NCBI GenBank assembly: GCA_001244265.2
Contig: CDLV01000008.1
Coordinates: 248,001-312,000 of the forward strand
DNA length: 64,000 nt
Source: Microbotryum violaceum
Taxonomy: Eukaryota
Direction: 5' to 3'
The position numbers were made by a program, and so were the translations under genes. Under the pieces are notes generated by a model. That model did no database searches and was not told the origin of the DNA. It was given only the letters and a program-made list of their open reading frames with translations. Below, piece after piece: positions 11,820 through 23,276 of this stretch. The first letter of the stretch is position 1, and the number at the start of each line of letters is the position of its first letter.

Positions 11820-14800
11820 AACGGGTAGCGTAGGAGGCCCGGGTCAGCAAAGCGATTCACATCGCACCACCAACATCGGAATGGACACCGAAACACACTC
11901 TACCGAAACGAGTGAACGTGGATTACATGTCCCAATTCTTCGGGCAGCCAACTATATGGATTGGCGTCGACGTCTGATTGGTCGTCTTGGGTCCAAGGAT
12001 TTGCATCTTTGCGCCTCGAGGCGGATGAGCCCGGCTGCGGAGGCTGTTCTCCAAGCCGCAATCGACGATCGATCGCGTGGCTTCCACTCGCCCCTCGAGC
12101 GGCTCGACTTCGCAGCTATGGACGCGAAGATCGCCAAGGAGCTAAAGAAGGAGGTTCGAACTCAAGCTGAAATCATTCAGTTTCTCGATGAGGCCAATCT
12201 TCGCTTGGTCAGGGGTTGTTACACGTCTTACGACATACTCGACTCGCTGAACACGTTCTACCTCGGAACGATGAGCGCTCAGATTTCCGCCTTGACGACT
12301 GAGCTCTATTCGCGCAAGTTCTCGTCTGGCGATCGTGGGCAGTTACTGCACCACTTGATCACCATTCATGGAATTTTGCAAGATCTTGAGGCGTGTGGCT
12401 CTGGGATGCCACCAGCTCAGCAATCGACGCTGATGCTCGATTCCGTCTTCGACTCGCAACACGAGTCGTTCACAAGCTCACTGCGTCGACCTCTGGCTCT
12501 ACCTTCGGAGATTGTTTCCGAGGCACGGTCTTACCAGTTCAAAGTCTCGCTGGCAAGTCGACAGCGAGCGATCGCCAACAAAGTGGTGACCAGCTCCGGT
12601 ATCCGCGATCCAAACGGAGTCGGTATCGGGAGCTCTCGAGGAAGAACCAGCAAGGTAAAGGGAATGGGAGTTCATTGCAACCAACGCGGGGGCTGCAGAT
12701 GACTTTGAACGGTTTTCCGGGCACACTGCATCGCTAGACCAGTGTCCCTTCGCTCCACACGCATGACAGGTAGAATCGGGAGGACGGCGATTTCCTTGAC
12801 CGTCGCGATTGCCTTTCTTGTGACGACTTCCGGACGCGCCATTGCTCAGTCGCCTGTTCCTGCGCTCGTTGCGCAAGGCGAATCGCAAAAGGGACCGCGT
12901 CGCAAAAGAGGTCACAAGAAAGGCAATCGCGACGGTCAAGGAAATCGCCGTCCTCCCGATTCTACCTGTCATGCGTGTGGAGCGAAGGGACACTGGTCTA
13001 GCGATGCAGTGTGCCCGGAAAACCGTTCAAAGTCATCTGCAGCCCCCGCGTTGGTTGCAATGAACTCCCATTCCCTTTACCTTGCTGGTTCTTCCTCGAG
13101 AGCTCCCGATACCGACTCCGTTTGGATCGCGGATACCGGAGCTGGTCACCACTTTGTTGGCGATCGCTCGCTGCTCTCGGATTTTAAGGAATCCCCGATT
13201 CAAGTCCAGATGGCCGACAACTCGCTTGGTCAAGCCATTGGATACGGGCGAATGTCTGTTAAGACTTCGCAAGGTCACCTTCTCAAATTCAAGGAGATGT
13301 ACTACCTCCCTGGATCGAGGTATGGTCTAATCTCAATGTCGTCGCTCCGCGCTGGAGGCGCGAAATTGGTTTATGGCCATGGGGGAGATACTCAACAGGT
13401 TTGGCTTGACGGCTCTCTCGTCGCCGAAACTGTCAAGACGAAGGCCAAACAACCAAGTTACGTCTTCGATTTTGAGATTGTCTCTCCACCCTCGCCTGTG
13501 CTCGTCGCATCTACCCGTGCTTCCGTTGGAGCTTCGCTCATGGAATGGCATCGGAACTTCGGACACATGGCACCCTCTTCAATTCTTCAACTCGTCAAAT
13601 CCAAGGCTATCGTTGGAATTCGTTTACTCGACAAGAAGATTGAAGACTGTGAGCCGTGCATTATCGCGAAGGCGCGCGCGGGCTCTCACAATCATGTCAG
13701 TCGAAAACCCGAACTTGTTCTTCAACGGGTTTCGATTGATCTGGGATTCGTCAACGATGACGATACCAATGGACGATCCATCTACATGGTTATCGTCGAC
13801 CAACTTTCAACCTATAAGTGGGCTTTTCCACTTGGTTCGAAGTCGGCATCTGAAGTCCTCGAGGTCTGGCGCGGCTTTCAAGCGCAGGTCGAGAGGCAGT
13901 CCGGTCAGAAGATCAAGTTTGTTCGTTCTGACAATGGAGGCGAGTTCGTCAACCAACTCCTTGGCGGCGAATTCAAGGCACTTGGCATCACCCATGAACT
14001 GGCTGCACGCTACACGCCGCAGCAGAATGGTCAAGTGGAGCGCGCGAACGGCTCTCTCTTCGCGCTCGTCCGTGCCATGCTCAAGGACTCCGGACTTCCC
14101 AAGAAGTATTGGTTCTACGCATTGGAAGCGGCTGTTTTCGTTTCCAACCGCGGTCCTCACCCACATCTCAAGGGCAAGACTGCGTTCGAGGTCTTCTTTG
14201 GCAAGCAACCCGACGTTTCGCATCTTCGCGCGTTCGGATCTACTGCCTACGTTCTCGTCCCCAAGGCGATTCGTAAGAAGCTCGATGACCATACTGTCAA
14301 GGGTACTTTCCTCGGCTATTCGGGGGAGTACAACTACAAGGTTCGCGTCGAACACGGTCGGTCTTTCAAGATCGTCGTCTCTTCCGATGTCACCTTCTCC
14401 GACAAGGCTCCTTCGATTGCGGACTCGGCTGTCGAGCCTCGCATCTACGAAGTTGAACCTCTACAGGAACACGAGTTAGTACACCAACTACCGTTTCCTG
14501 GCTTGGAGCAGATTCCGGTTTTACGGCCTGCTCCCCTACCCGAGGCAGGTTTGGCTTTTCAGCCTGCGCTCTTTCCCGAGGCAGAAGTTCCGGCTTTACG
14601 GCCTGCGCTCGTACCCGAGCTTGGTCCGGCTTTTCGGCCAGCTCCCGCTCCTCTTCCTCGTTTCCAACATATGGACGATGACGACGTTGCTCCTCCTCCT
14701 TTCCCGGCTGTCGGTCCATTGGCCGAAGACGCTGAAGTTGAAGAGGACCCGATCGATCATCGACGCGAGGAAGCTGTTGAGGCTATCGGCAGTGACGACG

Positions 14801-16598
14801 ACGACAGCCCTGCGGAACACGATCAACCATTACCTCCTGAGGATGGTTACGAGTATCGACCTTACCGTGTCGGCCGCAACCCTGGTGCGCTCGAGAACGT
14901 CGATGCAGGTAACATTTTACCGACTCGCCTGCGTGCTCAGCATCACACAGGCGCCCTTCGTGTCGTGTCTACTCGCTCGGTCTACCGTCATCCACCAGAG
15001 CTCATTGCTATGGTTTCGTCTCGTCACCCCCGCTTCCCAAGAATTTTGTGGAGGCGATGGCCTCTCCTGAGGCCAAACACTGGATGGCCGCTTCTGAAAA
15101 GGAGTTGGGCTCATTCAAATTGCACAAGGTCTTCAAGCTTACGAGGCTACCCACCGGGGCTCGCGCTATGGGCTATCGTTGGGTGTTCACTCGCAAAGAA
15201 GACGCTGAAGGCAATATCATCAGCTACAAGGCTCGGCTCGTTATCCAAGGCTTCGCTCAACGACTTGGGATCGACTACAACGAGACGTTTGCTCCTGTCT
15301 CGTCGATCACGACGATTTTGTTTCTCATTGCCATCTCTGCCGCTCTCGGACTCGTCCTCGAACAGTTCGACTATGATTCTGCGTTTCTCAACGGGATCAT
15401 GGAGGAGGATGTCTACATGAAGATTCCTGAAGGATGGACTGGTGGCTCTCAGCCCGGTCACGCTCTCAAGCTCCTTAAATCTATGTACGGCACCAAGCAG
15501 GCTCCTCGGCAATGGAACGCGGCTCTCCACAAGCTGATGACGGATCGCGGCTATACGCGCTCCAATGTCGATGCTTGTCTGTACTTCAAGTATCATGGCA
15601 AGTCGTTCGCAATCATCACTTTGTACGTTGATGATGGGCTTGCTGCATCGAACAACCAGGCTTTTCTGGACTCCGAGATTTCGGCTTTCGATGCGGTCTA
15701 CAAGCTCAAGCGACTTGGCCCGGTCAAGACGTTCCTCGGTCTCGAGTTTATTCGTACCAAGGATTTCATCTTTGTCCACCAGTCTAAGTACATTAGAGGC
15801 TTACTCGAGCACTACACGTTCGAAAGCAAGTCGAAGAAGCCGGTCGCGACTCCAATGGAGGATCGCGTCGTTTCGTCTTCTACTGCTCCGTTCGCCGACA
15901 TTCTCGTTTATCAATCGGCTGTGGGAGCGCTTCAATATGCTGCGCAACGTGTTCGTCCCGATATCGCGACTGCTGTTCGTGCGGTGGCGAAGTGCGTGGC
16001 TGCTCCAACCGAAGGAGACTGGATCTGCGTCAAGCGAATCTTTCGCTATCTTTCTGACACCGTCGACTATGGGCTACTCTACCGCGTAGGCGGTTCTACC
16101 AAATTCGAGGTGTACAGTGACGCGTCGTTTGGTTGCGATCACGACAACGGAAGATCTGTGGGAGCGTATGTCGTCATTATGGCTGGCGCTGCCATTTCCT
16201 GGAAGTCGAAGCAACAAACGATGGTCGCTTCTTCTACAGCAGAGTCTGAGACTCTGGCTGCTTCAACCGCAGCAAAGGAGGCTATCGGTCTTCGCAACCT
16301 GGCGTCCGAACTTCGCATCAATCAAGGTCAATCTACTGTTCTGCACGAGGACAACCAACCTTGCATCGATTTGGCGAAGAATCCCGGAGCTCGAGGTCGT
16401 ACACGCCATTGGAATGTGCATCATTTCTATCTACGCGAACGAATCGAGGTTGGCGATATCGATCTCCGCTACTGTCCGACCAATCTGAACACGGCCGACA
16501 TTTTCACGAAACCCCTGCCCAAACTCAAGTTCGCTACGCATCGCGAGGGACTCGGGATGGTCTCGCTGGCTACCTTGGCATGGGGGAGTGTCGTTTGA
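11812..16598 (+). CDS. Copia gag-pol polyprotein, interrupted by an inverted duplication and a frameshift near 15025
   Basis: LRAANYMDW gag start; [11 protein letters not shown] knuckle; WIADTGA protease; WHRNFGH..CEPC; SIDLG, SDNGGEF, NGQVER integrase; YKARLV, LYVDD RT; YSDASF, EDNQ, ADIFTK RNase H. Confidence 0.95.
12562..13173. repeat. 263-bp inverted duplication with an 86-bp spacer inside gag
   Basis: 12562-12824 is the reverse complement of 12911-13173; the same peptides appear in ORFs on both strands. Confidence 0.95.
16582..16588 (+). promoter_or_regulatory. Short polypurine tract
   Basis: GGGGGAG immediately before the TG of the 3' LTR. Confidence 0.7.
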
Positions 16599-16919
16599 TA
16601 TGTGTCTGTGCCTGTGGTATCTGCGCGGATGCGCGTGCGTTTAGTCATTAGTCACTTTGGTATTGTAGTTTGATCTGTTTAAGTTAGGGAGCGCGCGGGG
16701 CTTTCTTCCAGCGCGGCTGTTTACTCTTGATAGCTTTCTCATCACTCGCTCTACATTGTGGTCCTGACTTCTCGGCGTCGTGCACCCTCACCTATCGGAA
16801 GGTTAGTTACTGGAATACTTATTAATCACTCGCTCTACATTGTGGTCCTGACTTCTCGGCGTCGTGCACCCTCACCTATCGGAAGGCTTTACTTCCGCGC
16901 TCGCATCTTTTCTGCGTTA
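16589..16919 (+). repeat. 3' LTR (331 bp)
   Basis: Near-identical to 11478-11807 and followed by the TSD GGCAT. Confidence 0.97.
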
Positions 16920-17072
16920 GGCATTCCTCACGCTGCCCTCGGGCAATCGTAGCGGAGCACAGGATGTGCCTCATCGGTCCGTTACAGCTTGTGATTGGAC
17001 ACGGCGGTAACTCGTATGAAGGCCTCTCGGTAACGAGGCGAGGCGCGCGCCCGGAGGCTCGATTGGTTTTAA
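16920..17072 (-). pseudogene. Transposase segment upstream of the copia insertion (C-terminal half of the GCM-like Zn finger)
   Basis: Reads KTNRASGRAPRLVTERPSYELPPCPITSCNGPMRHILCSATIARGQREEC and joins PGEINIWHSGYHLHPPP across the TSD (one G-run indel needed); resembles GCM CPNCDGPLKLIPC...GEHDHPKP. Confidence 0.7.
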
Positions 17073-17374
17073 GGCAGTGGATTAGACTTAGTGTCTGAGT
17101 GGATTATAGTCTTGCGCGTGGGCCTATGCCTTCGCAAAGCAGACTCCCTTGTTTATCTTTTCTTTAATCACTCGTTCCTCGACTCTCGGTTCTGACACTG
17201 CGCTGCGTATCATCCTACCGCTGCCACCTCTATAGGTGGTGCACTTTTACATCAATATGCGCTCTCCCAGCCTGCTCAACAAACGGCTTCACTGAAAATT
17301 GATATTGTCCGCTTGCCTTTCTTAGTGTTGATGGTCAACTCTGAGGTTTCCTTGAAACCTCTCTTGGCGACTAA

Positions 17375-18574
17375 CGTGCCGATGATATTTACGCTGTTGG
17401 TGTCCATCAACTTTACGGAGACAGGACATTGTTTCGTCTACGAGATATTTTGGAAGAGGTTGCTGAGCTAACTGGCCTGGCTCTCCAAGGTATGCAAGAC
17501 AAGATTAGATCGGTTCCCAAGCAATGTTGACAGGCCACTCAGCCAGTTACTAACCGTTTAATTCGGCGACTTATCTGTGCCTTTGTACAGAGGACTCCTG
17601 CTTCGACTACTGGGTGGTTGACAACGCGGCTACGTCATCTACTCACTCGACTCCATGTCTTGCCTCCTGCCGGTACGACCAACTCGCAGCATTTACTGCT
17701 GCGACCGACTCTTCGGACAAGGTTCTCGGGTTGACCGACTTCGGACTCGACATCGACTCATTGCCAGCAGAAGCAACCATTACCTTGAGAGTGCGTATAG
17801 CTTCATGAGTTGACGGATTCTACGTCGTTGAGCTTTAGTCGCTGAGCTGACTCTTGATTGCAAATGTCACAGGTCTACGAGCACATCAAGGCTCGACTCC
17901 CATTCGTAAATATCACTACAAGACCTCAAGGCCGGGTGGATTCCCCTGTTCCAAGTGGCGCACCTTCTGCTTCCAAGCACGACTTGCTTGTCAGGGAAAA
18001 GCGTGAAGCATCTCCAGGCGACAGGATCACCGGCAATCTACGTCCGAACACCGAACCATATTCAACGGATGACAAGCTCGTCAACAGTGAAGATCATGCG
18101 AATTTACCAACATATAGTGAAGGAAGGACAACGATGACGGACTTGATGCTCGAAGCCTACCCACAAGAGATTGTTCTTGATCCTTGGCGGCCCAACGGGA
18201 CTTGGGGCGACGTCCTCATTGTTCGTATGGATCCAGGCTCGAGCGGTGGCTTGTCACACATGTGGGCTTTCTCGGCGTCATCATCTCGAACCGATTCAAA
18301 AGGGCGATGGAAAGGCCCGCGTTTGGATGCAAACGTCGAGTACAGCAAGTACAGCAAAAAACGTTGCATGGGCGTGTTCGTCTGTTGTGATCAATCATGC
18401 CCTGGCAAGCGTCGACCTCACACATCGCTGTCGACAGCGAGTAGGTCGAAGTTGTTTCAGGAGGAGACTCCACAGCTCGTCACAGGACGCCCCAAGAAGG
18501 CTGCAACCCGCAAGCACCTCGCTCCAAACGTTGAGGCCTACCATCTAGACAACACATGTGGCGTACCTTCAAGC
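17375..18574 (+). pseudogene. Spliced fragment carrying the N-terminal half of a GCM-like domain, in opposite orientation to the transposase
   Basis: GT-AG introns at about 17490-17590 and 17791-17871; motif HMWAF...YSKKRCMGVFVCCDQSCPGKRRPHT resembles GCM KKSCLGVVVC...C...RP; ends abruptly at TTAA 18575; the true start is uncertain. Confidence 0.6.
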
Positions 18575-19281
18575 TTAAGAGTCGTATGTTGATGCTTGGG
18601 AAGAATGGAGCGGTCCTTTGGAATAGCCTTGGGTTCTGAAACGCTTAGACGGGAGAGGTTCCGGAGCTAATGCTGGTGAAAGCGAGCCGACTTGGAGGGT
18701 AGAAGCGGAATTCACCCTCTCAACACTGCTTTGACTGCGCAGCGACGGCCAACCGGGATCGCTGTTCTGGGAGCACAGGAGAGGCATTGTTGACTTCTCT
18801 TGCTTGATGGTGTGGTGGAAGGGAGTGTCGTGGGCGAGCCGAGTGGAACAAGGTGAGTCATTGTCACGGTCGTCCTTGTGATCGTTGTGCTTATCGTCCA
18901 CATAATTGTCACAGTTCTCCTCGCAGTCCTCTGCGGACTTGATGCGATTAGGCAAGGCGCTTGTACGATCGGTGATAGGAAATTCTCCTGTTGGAGTCGG
19001 GGATTTCGATAGCCGCGGTGCGGACACCGTGCAGGTCAATGCTTCAGCTTGAAGGTCGCCAGAATCGTCCTGAGGATGCGCTGAGTTTGCCGACTCGGGG
19101 ACCGACTGGCCGTTTCCTTTCCTGATTCGACGATTGGTTCCTACCGTTGATTGGCGTTTGATGCTTGGGACTCTGAATCTCGACTTGGGAGTCCGCCATT
19201 GGGGCCGGTCTCCAGCTCCAGAACGAGTCCGAGCCCAGGGCCGGCGTCACGGTCGGGAAGTTGGCGGTTCCGCAATCTCAT
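18575..19281 (-). pseudogene. Degenerate low-complexity ORF inside the right arm of the MULE (possible second gene)
   Basis: S/P/D-rich reading frames from MRLRNRQLP (19281) to TAA at 18575, broken by stops and frameshifts; no recognisable domain. Confidence 0.3.
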
Positions 19282-19451
19282 TGATGAAAGATTTGAGTCC
19301 GTGCCTGCTGGCACAAAGCTGGAGGTCGCAATTGGCTGGTTCGCAAAATTCAAACAGTGCCACGGTGTTGACGTCGATGGGCGGTGTGGGGACAATTAGG
19401 TGAACAAATGTGAACAAAGGCTTCGAGCTGAGTGCGCCTCCTGTCGTTCCA

Positions 19452-19707
19452 CATGGCACGTGCGCGCGCGGGCGTATCCTTACACATGTCGACACATGTA
19501 AGGATACGAGGGTGCGGTAAGGATACGGGAGGTGCGGTAAGGACACAGAAGTTTTGAATCACTACAAGTCTTGCAATACACATGCTATCATATAGTCCTT
19601 GCAGACACCATTCAGAAATAGTTATATGTTGATGTTACAATATCAAGATGAACAGATTTGGTTGTGTATTGACCTTAACTCATGTGTAAGGATATATCCT
19701 TACATGT
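19452..19707 (-). repeat. Right terminal inverted repeat (256 bp)
   Basis: Ends catgtgtaaggatatatccttacatgt; pairs with 7592-7847. Confidence 0.95.
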
Positions 19708-19869
19708 GTCGTGGCCGAATCGGGACGGGCCCGGCTTGAATGCACGGCGTGTCATCGTGTACACTACATTGCAGGGGCGCTCTCAACTCCAGCGCGCTCG
19801 GACCTCTTTAGATTCTGACTTAGATTACCCGAGGCAGCGACTAGCGCGGCTCTCCCTCTCTTTTCCCTT

Positions 19870-20007
19870 AACGTTCCCTATCCTCTTCTACTCGGCATCT
19901 TCGTTTGCTCACTGCGCTGCTCCTCATAGTTTAGTGTAATACATTTCGAACGTTCCCTATCCTCTTCTACTCGGCATCTTCGTTTGCTCACTGCGCTGCT
20001 CCTCATA
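19870..20007. repeat. 59-bp direct repeat, two copies with a 20-bp spacer
   Basis: 19870-19928 equals 19949-20007 (aacgttccctatcc...gctcctcata). Confidence 0.93.
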
Positions 20008-20382
20008 CGGCGGCGTCCCGGGCGGCCGCGCCAGGTCGAGGTCAAACTTGCCTGAAACGGCGTGTCTCTGGCTCATTTGGCCCAGTCTAACGCGCCTTCG
20101 ATGGCTGGCCCTGCTAGCATTAGGCTACATTCAAGGTAGAGTGGGCGAATTTTCAAGGTTGGCCTATGACGATCCAAGCCAGCGTCGGGAGCACCTTCTT
20201 CTGCGTCTGACCAGTGTCCTCCGTCACATCACACGCCCCTCCGTCGTGCTCGGCTGCCCCATTCAGCCGGCCTGCCCTCGTCTGTTCCCTTTCCCCTCCC
20301 ACTATCAAGTCGCAGCAGCAGTTCTACTTCGCTCACACCACTACCTCGCTTCATTTCCTGGTGCGAATTATCTGTCCGTACG

Positions 20383-23276
20383 ATGCCAGCATCCGGCTTA
20401 AGCATCTCCTCGCATCACACCCCGATATTCGCGAGCAGCCAATGGACCCCGCGGAGTCCGACGTCGCTCAAGAGTCCAACAAAGCACCGCGAACCGACCC
20501 TGTCAAGCGAAGGTGGCCTCGCAATATCGTGCAACATCGACCACGACGGTGCTTTGTATTGGCCTATGAGCGGAGACATCAGTCAAGACTTGGCCCCGGG
20601 TGTCAGCTGGGACAAGGTGAGTCTCCCTTTGAGTGGGCGCGGGGTCCGTGCGAATTGAGATGGCGGGGGTGGCGCCTGCTGCCTTGGCTGCGTCATTCCT
20701 GGCACACCCGCCGAAGCCGAACCGCATGGGCCCGGTGTGATCGCGCTCTGGCCTCGACTTGGTATTGGAGTAGGAACTGATCGTCCAAACCGCTTTCGGC
20801 TATCTTGCTATTTACTCCTTTCCCCGTCATTTTGCGGAAGCAGGATGAGGCATCGTCCGTCCGACTGCGCAAGAAGCCCGAAGACTTTGTGCCCGCCTTC
20901 GACAGCGCCACGAGCCTTTCGAGCCGCATCGACAGCGTGCTCGACGTCTACGCCGATATGTACGGCGACTTCGACGAAGAGGAAGGCGACGAGGAGGACC
21001 TGTCGCACCATGTGGACATCTACGAGCACTACACCGCGCGCATACCGACGATCGACCTCGACGCCGAGGCTGCGATGCGCACCCCCGAGATCGCACGGGA
21101 TCGGCCCATGCAGCGCACGAGCCAAGTCATCTCCTCGCCCGCTTCCTCGGTGCGGCCGCCCGTCACCACCACCCTCATATCGCTCGAGGACTATCAGCCT
21201 CTCGACAACGCGCAGACGCGATCGTGGGATGAGCGCGGCAAGACAGGTCTCTACGGAGGGGGAGGCAGAGGCGCCGACGACCACGAGACAGGATGGGTCG
21301 GCGCTCCTGTTGCGGGGGCCGGAGTCGTGGCTCCTCACGGCGCCATCGAAGAGGATCTTTGCTACGACGACGAGGAAGACGACGAAGAGGACTACAGCGA
21401 TCACATGCATTACGACGACGAGGACGAGGAGGAGGACTATGACCAGTACATCAATCACACCAGTTCAGCGACGGCCCGAGATGGTCCGCGTTCATCGCTG
21501 TCCACCCCAAGCGGCCGCCACGCTTCACTTTCTTCGATGGGCATGAATTCGCTGCGACAGGCATCGGTCAGCTCGAACCGAAGGGCGTCCAACAAGTCGG
21601 GCAGGTCGGTCAGACAATCGAGCGAGGTCTCGAACGAGTCCGGTGGATACCTCGACTACCGTCAGTCCGGCTCCATTAGCGAGTCCATCAGCGCCGCCCG
21701 TCGCCGACACATGTCCCAGCAAGACAAGTCGGCCCACGCGGCCGAAGCGATCCAACAACTATCACCACTGTCTAATCCTGTCGTACGGGCCACATCGCCC
21801 AGCTCGGATGCAGCTTCGAAGGTCGACTTGCTCGAGGCCAAGCCCGCCAAGCCCGTCTGTCCGGTCTCCGAGGAGAAGCGCAAGGTACCGATCGCCAAGA
21901 TCCCGGAGACTCTCATACCGCTTAAAACGCGACCTCTAGACACAGATACGAAGTCGAATGGTACGGCCAAAGGCGGCAAATCCTCGTTCCGATGGGGCAT
22001 CCGATCCAAGAAGGCCCCGGTCATCTCCAACCCCATCCTCCCCGACGGCTTTGTCGAATCGCTCGGCATGGAGACGTTTGAGTTGACTCCTGGGTGTGCT
22101 GCTCCTAACCACCGAGGGAACGGCGTCGGGATTGGCGCGGAAAACAAATCCTCGAGCCCGGGGAAGCCACTGCTCGCTTCCTTTGTACCTCTGCCGGGAT
22201 CGAAGGCGAACAAGGGCCCCGCCCCACGATCTCGTAAGGTCCCCGGGTCAACAAGCGGCCCCGTCCGTGTCGGGTCGCCAATCCTGCAGTCCTCGTCTTT
22301 TGAAGGAGTTTCGACCGAGGACACGGCCACTCGGATGCCTATGCTCCGTCGACCCGTCTCGCCGACACCGGTCTCCCCAGTCGGTCCCCAGGTAGACCCC
22401 GTACCCGCTCCGCTCATCACTGTCGTTAATGGTCGGCCGAGCATGGGGGCTATGCGTCAATCCGACGTGAGTGCCGAGCTTTCGGACACGTTCCATCGGC
22501 TCTCGCGCAACTCCGAGTTGTCCTACACTCCCTCAAAGTCGTCGTCCATGGATGAGGCAGAACGAGCTCGTCGCGCGTACTTTGATGGACTGCGCCGCAA
22601 CACACACGAAGAGTTGTCGGCCAACACCAACACGAGCATCGCTTTCAACAGCACCTTGCATGCTGTCGTGGACACCTCACAGTCGCCGACCCCGATCCTG
22701 AACGCCCGAGCCGGCGAAAAAACTTTTACAAACCCTTGGGGAGCGGGAACGGCAGCAACGCACCAACGCACCTTCTCGTCACCCTCTCAAGCGAGCACCT
22801 CGGGCAACCAATATTTTTCGACTCCTCAAGCCTCGATCGGAAGCTTCGAGTCGGCCCCTGCCCCTGCTTCGACGTGGATTGCCTCGGAACGCATAACGCA
22901 CCGCAATTCGGAGGGCTCGATCTATTCGACCGACGGAGACGCGAACGGAACTGACGCCAACAACCGAGCCAGTGCGTACAGCGGCTACAGTTATGGATCT
23001 TACTACGACCAGACCCCGGCGTCTGAGATCCCCGCGGTCCCGATCGTGCCAATCGCTCCGCTCAAATTCGTCAAGCGGACGGATTCGCCGGCACAAGCGA
23101 TGGACCATGGCACTTCCGGACCTCCATTTGATGCTCGAGGACCGTCAAAAGTGAGCTTCAAAGTACCCTTCACCAACGAGACCTTTCACAACACTCCCGC
23201 CCAGATGGCTGGTCCGCCGCAGTGGAGGACCGCTCCTCAGATCGGCACGACCGGCTTCCGCAACCCCTTTGGTTAA
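20383..23276 (+). CDS. Uncharacterised Ser/Pro-rich disordered protein (about 890 aa, two exons)
   Basis: Exon 1 MPASGLS...VSWDK; intron gtgagt (20617) to cag (20843); long second exon with acidic tracts, APVISNPILP and a C-terminal FRNPFG*. Confidence 0.7.

Larger units (their letters stand above)
11478..16919 (+). mobile_element. Full-length Ty1/copia LTR retrotransposon nested in the MULE transposase gene
   Basis: Two LTRs; 5-bp TSD GGCAT (11473-11477 and 16920-16924); domain order gag, Zn knuckle, PR, IN, RT, RNase H. Confidence 0.97.
7592..19707 (-). mobile_element. Mutator-like (MULE) DNA transposon with 256-bp TIRs; about 6.7 kb excluding the nested copia
   Basis: 7592-7847 is the reverse complement of 19452-19707 (5 mismatches, no indels). 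The internal minus-strand gene has D..D..CxxH..E transposase motifs and a GCM-like Zn finger. No canonical 9-bp TSD is visible. Confidence 0.85.

Noticed and set aside
15010-15050. Programmed ribosomal frameshift between integrase and RT
   Set aside because: IN and RT are normally in one frame in copia, there is no clear slippery site, and 1-nt errors are common in this assembly
17069-18578. piggyBac insertion with a TTAA TSD
   Set aside because: No TIRs inside the TTAA sites and no piggyBac transposase; the content is GCM/MULE-like
19870-20007. Repeat-spacer-repeat pattern resembling a CRISPR array (also the LTR-internal repeats)
   Set aside because: Only two copies, 59-62 bp long, in a eukaryotic context with no cas genes
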